A DNA stretch of 24,000 nucleotides from Tepidiphilus sp. J10 (GTDB lineage Bacteria; Pseudomonadota; Gammaproteobacteria; Burkholderiales; Thiobacillaceae), in assembly GCA_945897955.1 (NCBI GenBank), contig CAMDGQ010000001.1, positions 49,373-73,372 of the forward strand, in the 5' to 3' direction. The position numbers and the translations under genes were made by a program. Positions 16,132 to 22,542 of this stretch are shown one piece after another (position 1 is the stretch's first letter; each line of letters begins with the position of its first letter). The notes beneath the pieces are model-generated. The model saw only the letters and a program-made list of their open reading frames with translations, was not told where the DNA came from and made no database searches.

Positions 16132-16649
16132 GTTGACGCTTTCACGGCAGTGTCGATTTCCTTGCGGAAAACCAGCGTGGAAGGCGCGACACCAAACGTC
16201 GCATCGACGTCAATGCCCTGTATGCGACAGAGAATCGCGATGATGGCGTAGTGATGGACGCTATGGCTGCAGAGAAAGCCCAGCTCGCGTTCCGGCGAGG
16301 TGGCGGTTTCGATTGCATCGCTCGAATCATCGATACGCGTGCGCAACGGACCGATGTCGCCGGGTGTAATGGCAGTCAGTTCCTGCCGCAGTCGCTTGAA
16401 CAAATCGAGCGCCGCGTCACGCTGCTGCTCGATGCGCGGATCGCGTAGCCGCGCGGCGTAATCGATGCAACCGCTTTGCAGTCCATCGAGAAAACTGGCG
16501 TAGTGATCGAGATTGTGTCGGATATGGGCGCCGATGCTGCCGCCGAATACAAGCGCTACGTTGCGTGTGTAATCGGCATCGCTGATGCGCTGTAGTAGTG
16601 CTTCGCCCTGTTGCAGGGTAACGATGTTGCGCTGGATCAAATCGAACAT
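16119..16649 (-). CDS. DinB-like (four-helix-bundle metal-binding) superfamily protein
   Basis: His-rich motifs IRHNLDHY and HSVHHYA. Start is at ATG 16649 (MFDLIQ..), which overlaps the stop of the acyltransferase gene by 13 nt. The track extension to 16937 is a shadow frame inside the upstream gene. Confidence 0.65.
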   Translation of the reverse strand: MFDLIQRNIVTLQQGEALLQRISDADYTRNVALVFGGSIGAHIRHNLDHYASFLDGLQSGCIDYAARLRDPRIEQQRDAALDLFKRLRQELTAITPGDIGPLRTRIDDSSDAIETATSPERELGFLCSHSVHHYAIIAILCRIQGIDVDATFGVAPSTLVFRKEIDTAVKASTCVR

Positions 16650-18433
16650 GACTGCGCCGCCGTCCTGGAAGTATTGAAGGCAGCGTAGGCTGCAGCGCCT
16701 TCGCCGAGAAAGGTGGCCAACTGCTTTTCCGGCAGCGCATCCATGTCCACCGAAAGCAGCAGGCCGGGCGTGGCGTTGAAGTTGGGGTCGACGCCGACGC
16801 AATGAAAGCGGGCGCCGAGCTTGTGATAGTGCTTCAGCAACACTGGCGTATCTTTGCCTTCGGCATCCAGTCCACGCACACAGGCGGACAGCGTCTGCAA
16901 ATCGAAACGCCCTTTTCCGGCGCGATAGTCGAGCCATTCCGGATGCGGCACATGCTGCAGCGGATGCCGTGGGCGCACATGCGGCGAAGGTTCGATCAGC
17001 GCATCGCAGATCAGCGCGATCACTGCTTCGTCATATTGCCGCGACAACGATACCGTGCCGTACAGACGGCGATATTGCGGATGCGCTACCAGATAGCGGC
17101 CGATGCCCTGCCACAGCAGGTAAAGCGCATGAAAACTCTTCTGGTGCTCCGGCACGACGAAAGAACGTCCGAGTTCCAGGGCGGGCGGCATTTCATCGTA
17201 GAAGGCGGCATCGAATTCGAACATCTGGGCGAGATACATACCGCGCGGACCATTTTCCTGGCGCAAGCGGTCGGACTGGCCCAAACGATAAGCGCCGACC
17301 AGTGACTGCGCCACGTTGTCCCAGACGAAAAGCTGGACGTAGCTGTGGTCGTAAGCGTCGCCGTCGCGCGGCTGGCCGCTGCCTTCGTCATAGAGCCGGA
17401 AGACCCGCTCGCGTTCGCGGGCGATATCGTCCTGCAGCAGCGGGATCTGCGCAGCGCGGGCGTGGAAAACGGAGAAATGCTTGAAGTCGAGCAGCCGCTG
17501 TGCGGCGGGCAACGTGGCGATCTCGCCGACGATGCGCTCGCGCTGGCCAAGCGTCGCCAGCGGTAGCAGATTGCCGGCCAGCGTGGGCGGTGCCATGTGC
17601 GGTTCTGCGTGGTGTGCAGCAAGCGAAGGTTCCAGCAGGTAAGTCATCAGGCGCGCATAACGTGTTAGCGCCGCCGCATCCATGCCGCGCCAGACCTCCG
17701 GCGCAATTGCATGGCCGACATGGAATTCGATTCGTCGACCGCGCATGCGCAGGAACTCGCGCGGCAACATCAGCAGCTTGGAGCGATCCCAGATTTTGCC
17801 CAGCGTCTGGAACAGGCGGCTGTTCGCGCCTTCAAAGAACACCGGCAAAATCGCCGCCTCATGCCGCAGCGCAAGGTGTCCGACCAGCCGATTCCAGGCC
17901 GCGTCGCGAATGCGATCTTCGCCACGCGGGCTGAACGACACCTTGCCGGCCGGGAAGATCACCAGCACGCCTCCGCTGCCGAGATGGGCTGAGCAGGCCC
18001 GAATCGAAACGAGATTTTTCTGGCTGGTCTTGAGCGGATTGGTGGCGATGAACAGTGGCGCCAATTCAGCAAATACGTTCAATCCTGCATTGGCGAGAAT
18101 TTTGATGTCAGTGCGGATGCCTCGCAGACTTTGCGCCAGCGCCAGCGCCTCGACGCCGCCGAGCGGGTGATTGCAGACCACGATCAGCGGCCCCCGCACC
18201 GGGATTTGCTTGGCAAGATCACCCGGTTCATGCGCGATGGTCAAAGCCAGCGCCGAAAGCGTGCGTTCGACGAAGTCGAACGGCGGCAACGCGCGCAATC
18301 GATTCTGCCGGTAAAGCCGGTTCAAGCGATGGATGCCGAGCAAGCGGTCGAATAGTGGCGCGACAAACCCAAACCAGGCTGGGGCGTGTTTGGGAACAGC
18401 TGCGCGCAGGCTGATGCTGGATTCATTCAACAT
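16637..18433 (-). CDS. Bifunctional acyltransferase: N-terminal PlsC/OlsA-like O-acyltransferase + C-terminal OlsB/hemolysin-like N-acyltransferase (OlsF-like aminolipid synthase)
   Basis: The N-terminal half has the lysophospholipid-acyltransferase block VVCNHPLGGVEAL (HX4-acidic) and VIFPAGKVS. The C-terminal half (YDHSYVQLFVWDN..LVGAYRLGQ..LELGRSFV..YLLWQGI) resembles OlsB-type GNAT-like N-acyltransferases. Start is ATG 18433 or GTG 18448. Confidence 0.75.
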   Translation of the reverse strand: MLNESSISLRAAVPKHAPAWFGFVAPLFDRLLGIHRLNRLYRQNRLRALPPFDFVERTLSALALTIAHEPGDLAKQIPVRGPLIVVCNHPLGGVEALALAQSLRGIRTDIKILANAGLNVFAELAPLFIATNPLKTSQKNLVSIRACSAHLGSGGVLVIFPAGKVSFSPRGEDRIRDAAWNRLVGHLALRHEAAILPVFFEGANSRLFQTLGKIWDRSKLLMLPREFLRMRGRRIEFHVGHAIAPEVWRGMDAAALTRYARLMTYLLEPSLAAHHAEPHMAPPTLAGNLLPLATLGQRERIVGEIATLPAAQRLLDFKHFSVFHARAAQIPLLQDDIARERERVFRLYDEGSGQPRDGDAYDHSYVQLFVWDNVAQSLVGAYRLGQSDRLRQENGPRGMYLAQMFEFDAAFYDEMPPALELGRSFVVPEHQKSFHALYLLWQGIGRYLVAHPQYRRLYGTVSLSRQYDEAVIALICDALIEPSPHVRPRHPLQHVPHPEWLDYRAGKGRFDLQTLSACVRGLDAEGKDTPVLLKHYHKLGARFHCVGVDPNFNATPGLLLSVDMDALPEKQLATFLGEGAAAYAAFNTSRTAAQSCSI

Positions 18434-18563
18434 GTTGCACAACACCAAGCCGGCGGCATCGGTACTTCACCATCGTATCCGCATTTTTTTGCTTGTTTGG
18501 CGATTTCATCGCTATCTCCAGGGACGTTGATTGCACAGACCGAGTTTTCGTCAGTGCAAATTA

Positions 18564-18589
18564 GTCGCTGCACACGCGGATTCCTGACA
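18564..18589 (-). promoter_or_regulatory. ECF-type promoter copy 5, reads leftward toward the acyltransferase operon
   Basis: Minus strand 18589->18564 = TGTCAGGAAT ccgcgtgtgcag CGAC (then taat). Confidence 0.65.
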
Positions 18590-18683
18590 CCTATTTATTC
18601 CTTGAACTGCAAGGACTCGCACAAGACGCCATCGAGTTGAAGAGAGGCCTTCAAACAGGGATGAAAAATTTCTTGAAAATTAT

Positions 18684-18709
18684 TGTCAGGAATTGACGTG
18701 TGCGCCGAC
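18684..18709 (+). promoter_or_regulatory. ECF-type promoter copy 6, reads rightward toward the RiPP precursor operon
   Basis: TGTCAGGAAT tgacgtgtgcgc CGAC (then caaa). CGAC ends 100 nt before ATG 18809. Confidence 0.65.
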
Positions 18710-18808
18710 CAAATGCTGAGCGATGCTGAATCAGGCCATTTTCGGACATGGGCAGCATCGACATGAACCGCCCATCCGGGCTTATGAAATGACTTTTGGA
18801 GACATACC

Positions 18809-19225
18809 ATGAACGCACGTAAAACCCACCTGACCATCGCCCTTGCCGCAACCATTGGCGCCGCTGCCGGCCTCGCCGGCTATGCCCAGGCTGCGAGCAG
18901 CAACCCCTTCGCCATGCAAAGCCTGAACAGCGGCTACATGGTCGCCGCCGCCGAAGCCAAGGCCAAAGAGGGAAAATGCGGTGAAGGTAAATGTGGCGGC
19001 AGCAAGGCCAAGGCCAAGGAAGGCAAGTGTGGCGAAGGCAAATGCGGCGGCGATAAGGCCAAAGCCAAGGAAGGCAAGTGTGGCGAGGGCAAATGCGGTG
19101 GCGATAAGGCCAAATCCGATGCCAAGGCCAAGGAAGGCAAGTGTGGTGAAGGAAAATGTGGTGGCAGCAAGGCCAAAGCCAAGGAAGGCAAATGTGGCGA
19201 GGGCAAGTGCGGCGGCAAGAAGTAA
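18809..19225 (+). CDS. hvfA: RiPP precursor, HvfA-like: Sec signal peptide + five KEGKCGEGKCGG repeats (10 EGKCG motifs)
   Basis: MNARKTHLTIALAATIGAAAGLAGYAQA/ASS is a signal peptide. It is followed by 5 x AKAKEGKCGEGKCGG(S/D/K)K. RBS GGAG lies 7 nt upstream. The gene directly precedes a DUF692 gene. Confidence 0.85.
   Translation: MNARKTHLTIALAATIGAAAGLAGYAQAASSNPFAMQSLNSGYMVAAAEAKAKEGKCGEGKCGGSKAKAKEGKCGEGKCGGDKAKAKEGKCGEGKCGGDKAKSDAKAKEGKCGEGKCGGSKAKAKEGKCGEGKCGGKK
18956..19222 (+). repeat. Five in-frame tandem repeats (51, 51, 51, 63, 51 nt) encoding the EGKCG-EGKCG units
   Basis: Units start at 18956, 19007, 19058, 19109 and 19172. The 36-nt cores differ only at synonymous third positions. 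Confidence 0.9.
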
Positions 19226-19243
19226 GCCTGCGGCAGACCGACC

Positions 19244-20086
19244 ATGCGTACATCCACACTGCATGGCGCGGGTCTCGGCCTGAGGCGGGAACTCATCCCC
19301 GACCTTAGGACCGACCTCCCGAGCGCCATAGACTTCTTCGAACTCGCCCCGGAAAACTGGCTGGAAATGGGCGGCTCGCGACGCCGCGATCTGCGCCACT
19401 TCGCCGAGCGCCGGTCCATCGTTGCGCACGGCCTGTCGCTCAACCTGGGCGGCCCGACGCCGCTGGACGAACTGTTTTTGCAACGCGTGAAGCGTTTTCT
19501 GGACGAATACCGTATCGATCTGTTTACCGAACACCTGTCCTGGTGCGGCGACGACGGCCACCTCTACGACCTGCTGCCGATTCCGTTTACCGGCGATGCG
19601 GTGCGTCATGTCGCGGCGCGCATCCGGCGCACGCAGGACATTCTCGAACGCCGCATCGCCATTGAAAACGCCTCCTACTATGTCTCGCCGGCGATTGCCG
19701 AGATGAGCGAGATCGACTTCATCCGCGCCGTGCTGAGCGAGGCCGATTGCGATCTGCACCTCGACGTCAACAACGTCTATGTCAACAGCGTCAACCACCG
19801 CTTCGACCCGCGCGCCTTCATCGACGCGATGCCGGCCGAGCGCATCGTTTATCTGCATATGGCCGGGCATTACCAGGAAGCCGAAGATCTGATTATCGAC
19901 ACCCACGGTGCGCCGGTGATCGATCCGGTGTGGCAACTGCTCGACCACACCTACGCCCGCATCGGCACACGGCCGACGCTGTTGGAACGTGATTTCAATA
20001 TTCCGCCGTTGGTGGAATTGCTGCCGGAAGTGACGCGCATCCGTGAACTTCAACAACAATACCCCGGATTGCGCCATGCCGCCTGA
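19244..20086 (+). CDS. hvfB: DUF692 / MNIO (multinuclear non-heme iron oxidase) RiPP-modifying enzyme, MbnB/HvfB-like
   Basis: GAGLGLRRELIPDL..IDFFELAPENW..VAHGLSLNLGG..FTEHLSW..IAIENASYY..LHLDVNNVYVNSVNHRFDP..VYLHMAGH..IIDTHGAPV..PTLLERDFNIPP is the full DUF692/UPF0276 signature. Confidence 0.9.
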   Translation: MRTSTLHGAGLGLRRELIPDLRTDLPSAIDFFELAPENWLEMGGSRRRDLRHFAERRSIVAHGLSLNLGGPTPLDELFLQRVKRFLDEYRIDLFTEHLSWCGDDGHLYDLLPIPFTGDAVRHVAARIRRTQDILERRIAIENASYYVSPAIAEMSEIDFIRAVLSEADCDLHLDVNNVYVNSVNHRFDPRAFIDAMPAERIVYLHMAGHYQEAEDLIIDTHGAPVIDPVWQLLDHTYARIGTRPTLLERDFNIPPLVELLPEVTRIRELQQQYPGLRHAA

Positions 20087-20870
20087 AGCCCTGCATTTCA
20101 CCGCGATGCTTTTCACAGACTATCAGGCTGCTTTCGGTGCCCGCATCCGCGACCCGAAACAGGCTGCGCGGCCGCCTGGCGTGCCGGCCAAACGTATGCG
20201 GGTGTATGAAGAACTGCTGTTCAACAATCTGGAAGGCTTTCTGCTGAGCTGCTATCCGGTCACCCGCAAACTGCTCGGCAAGCGTCTGTGGCGGCAGACC
20301 GTGCGGCGTTTCTTCGTCGAGCACCGTAGCCACTCGCCGCTGTTTCGAGATATCCCGAAAGCCTTTCTCGACTGGATGGCCAGCGGTGCGGCGCAATTCG
20401 CAACCCTGCCATTTCTGCCCGAATTCATGCATTACGAATGGCTGGAGCTGAGTGTCTCGATCACGCCGGAAGAAGTCGATCCGGCTGCCATCGATGCTCA
20501 CGGCGATCTGCTGCGTGGCCGTCCTGCGCTGCACCCGACCGCCCGCCTGGCCTGTTACGCCTATCCGGTGCATCAAATCAGCCCACGTTTCAAGCCAACA
20601 GCGGCGGATGGCCAAACCTGGTGTTATCTGTTGTTCCGCGATGAAGATGAAGCCGGACAGGATGATGTGCGCTTCATTTTGCTGAACCCGCTCTCCGCCC
20701 AATTGATTGCCCTGATGTGCGATCACCAACCGAGCGGACAAGAAGCGCTGGCGCATCTGGCAGGACAGAACAATCCAACTCAATACGAAGCTTTCCTTCA
20801 ACTCGGTGGCGAACTGCTGCGCGACCTGCGCAAACAAGGCGCCCTTCTTGGAACCTGGAGAAATCAATGA
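20076..20870 (+). CDS. hvfC: DUF2063-family partner protein (HvfC/BufC/MbnC-like)
   Basis: The N-terminal region (FTDYQAAFGARIRDP..RMRVYEELLFNNLEGFLLSCYPVTRKLLG..W..FFVEHRSHSPLFRDIP..F) is typical of DUF2063. ATG 20076 overlaps the end of hvfB by 11 nt; the track start at 20043 is a GTG. Confidence 0.8.
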   Translation: MPPEALHFTAMLFTDYQAAFGARIRDPKQAARPPGVPAKRMRVYEELLFNNLEGFLLSCYPVTRKLLGKRLWRQTVRRFFVEHRSHSPLFRDIPKAFLDWMASGAAQFATLPFLPEFMHYEWLELSVSITPEEVDPAAIDAHGDLLRGRPALHPTARLACYAYPVHQISPRFKPTAADGQTWCYLLFRDEDEAGQDDVRFILLNPLSAQLIALMCDHQPSGQEALAHLAGQNNPTQYEAFLQLGGELLRDLRKQGALLGTWRNQ

Positions 20871-21340
20871 ACCTGATCGCAAATCTCACCGGTCTGACCC
20901 AAACCACCTTCGGCGGCCTGAGCAAAATCGGCGAATGGATCGCACCACTAGGCCTGCGGCTGCTGCTGGCTTATGAATTCTGGCAAGCCGGGGTGGAGAA
21001 ATTCAACGGCGAGAACTGGTTCGCCGACATTCAGGAGCAATTCCCCTTTCCGTTCAATGTCGTACCTGTGGAAATCAGCTGGCAAATATCGACCTGGACC
21101 GAATTGATCGGACCAGTCATGCTGGTGCTCGGCCTCGGCACCCGTTTCGCCAGCGTGTCGCTAATCATCCTGACCATCGTCGCTTGGGTCAGCGTACATG
21201 CCGGCAACGGCTACAACGTGTCTGACAACGGCTTCAAGTTGCCGTTGATCTACTTGGTTATGTTTGTGCCACTTCTGCTCTCAGGCCCAGGCAAGTTGAG
21301 TCTGGATCACTGGATAGCCAATAGGCTGTCGCATAGATAA
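20867..21340 (+). CDS. DoxX-family integral membrane protein
   Basis: LGLRLLLAYEFWQAGVEKF.., followed by several hydrophobic helices. ATG 20867 is ATGA-coupled to the hvfC stop, with GGAGAA upstream. The track extension to 20717 is a shadow frame inside hvfC. Confidence 0.85.
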   Translation: MNLIANLTGLTQTTFGGLSKIGEWIAPLGLRLLLAYEFWQAGVEKFNGENWFADIQEQFPFPFNVVPVEISWQISTWTELIGPVMLVLGLGTRFASVSLIILTIVAWVSVHAGNGYNVSDNGFKLPLIYLVMFVPLLLSGPGKLSLDHWIANRLSHR

Positions 21341-21765
21341 CAGACCTGGATTGCTCAGTACGCCCGCCATCGGCAGCTCCGGTCGAGTTGTGTGAGTTGG
21401 CATTCCGGCTGGTTTCGAAGCGCTGCAGTCGTTCGATTGGCTGCTTTCCGGGGTCATCGAACGGCAAATCCAGGCTGAAAGAGTGAATTCAACCGATTCC
21501 CACTATGCGGACATTCAACGGGAATTCCTCTGCGGCACTGAATGGCAGTTCTGGCCGAAGGGGGGCCAGTTAGTTGCTGCTCTGTACGACCGCTCTAATC
21601 GGTTACCTGCCTGAGAACCGCCAAAGCGGCGAATGACTGCAAGGGTTCGAATATCCTCCCGCTAGCCTCCACGTAAGCAGCCCTCCAAGACCACAAAGTC
21701 TGTTCACGATGCCAGCAGTGTCGATGAGATCGAGCGTGTCTCGCCGCCATTCAGGCACCGGCATG

Positions 21766-21797
21766 AGAAAACCCCCGGCATCAGCGATGCGCGGGGG
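21766..21797 (-). terminator. Rho-independent terminator of the leftward phage-like genes
   Basis: Minus strand reads CCCCCGcgcatcgctgatgcCGGGGG followed by TTTTCTC. Confidence 0.6.
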
Positions 21798-21805
21798 TGG
21801 GTTCG

Positions 21806-22009
21806 TTACCTGGGTGCGTTGTAGAGCCTGCTGGCCATCCGGTTGTTGATCTGGGCAAGCCGATGGAACTGGCTTGAATCGTTGCAGTGTCTATTCCTGC
21901 GTGGGATGTGTTCAAAGCGCTTCGGGTCAGAAAGGTGTTTCGGCCTGATTCGCCAGCTCATCTCATACTCGGCATAGCCATAGGGTGCCCAATGGATGGT
22001 TTTTGACAT
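21806..22009 (-). CDS. Hypothetical small phage-like protein (67 aa)
   Basis: Track ORF 21806..22060 trimmed to ATG 22009 (MSKTIHW..), which lies 11 nt after the stop of the upstream small ORF and is preceded by GGGGA. Confidence 0.4.
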   Translation of the reverse strand: MSKTIHWAPYGYAEYEMSWRIRPKHLSDPKRFEHIPRRNRHCNDSSQFHRLAQINNRMASRLYNAPR

Positions 22010-22020
22010 CGTTGTCCCCA

Positions 22021-22182
22021 TCAAGCTGGCGTCCATGTGCCCAGAAACATGGCCTGGCACGCATCGTCGAACTTCCAGTAGTACTCCTCCGATACTCGGT
22101 GGAATGCCCGCAGCGCTTCGTCGAACTGCGCGATGTAATAACCCTGTGGTGCTGGCAGTACTTCATATTGCATGACTTCCAT
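22021..22182 (-). CDS. Hypothetical small protein (53 aa), below the ORF-track length cutoff
   Basis: My translation is MEVMQYEVLPAPQGYYIAQFDEALRAFHRVSEEYYWKFDDACQAMFLGTWTPA*. GAGGAG lies 7 nt upstream of ATG 22182. The track ORF 21963..22166 is another frame. Confidence 0.35.
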   Translation of the reverse strand: MEVMQYEVLPAPQGYYIAQFDEALRAFHRVSEEYYWKFDDACQAMFLGTWTPA

Positions 22183-22254
22183 GATTGCTCTCCTCAAAAA
22201 TGCGTCCTCACGGGCGCGGTTGAATTCATGAGGAGTAGGAAGAACAGCAGACGA

Positions 22255-22286
22255 TAAAAACCCCGCTGACCAGAGGCCGAGCGGGG
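22255..22286 (-). terminator. Rho-independent terminator after the 82-aa gene
   Basis: Minus strand reads CCCCGCT cggcctctggtc AGCGGGG followed by TTTTTAT. Confidence 0.6.
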
Positions 22287-22293
22287 TGGGGTA

Positions 22294-22542
22294 CTACATC
22301 GCGAATTTGCCTTTGCCGTACTGGACCCGAGCCTGGATCCAGTTGGCAAGTTCGGATGGGTCGGAGAAACTGACCACCGATTTTGCGCCATCCGGGAAGT
22401 GCGCGTTGAGCAGGATGCCTTTCTGGACCAGCCTGGTCGGCCCGAGAGAAGCGAGACCCTTGGCATGTTCCTGAATCACGTGCAGGCCTTTTCCTTCCCT
22501 GACGGTGATGCCGCGCAGGGTGACTCGGACGCGATTCATCAC
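22294..22542 (-). CDS. Hypothetical phage-like protein (82 aa)
   Basis: Complete ORF. The start is ATGA-coupled to the stop of the upstream annealing-protein gene. Confidence 0.5.
   Translation of the reverse strand: MMNRVRVTLRGITVREGKGLHVIQEHAKGLASLGPTRLVQKGILLNAHFPDGAKSVVSFSDPSELANWIQARVQYGKGKFAM

Noticed and set aside
18956-19222. Possibility that the 51-nt tandem repeats are a CRISPR array or minisatellite.
   Set aside because: There are no unique spacers between the repeats. The repeats are contiguous, in frame, and inside an ORF with a signal peptide. The variation is restricted to the codon third position.
18651-20116. ORFs 18651..19259(-), 18782..20116(-), 18934..19443(-) and 18981..19283(+), which overlap the precursor and DUF692 genes. 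Some contain striking repeats such as PHLPSPHLPSLALAL.
   Set aside because: The repeats are the alternative-frame and antisense images of the EGKCG repeat DNA. Only the hvfA frame shows purely synonymous variation between units, has a signal peptide and RBS, and fits the operon.
21644-21671. tRNA-like T-loop sequence GGTTCGAAT followed 16 nt later by CCA, at the junction with the phage-like segment. It could be a tRNA/tmRNA gene or an att remnant.
   Set aside because: I could not fold a T-stem (flanks AAGGG / ATCCT are not complementary), an acceptor stem or an anticodon arm on either strand. The spacing to CCA is also 3 nt too long. At most it is a degenerate fragment; a tRNA/tmRNA scanner would be needed to settle it.
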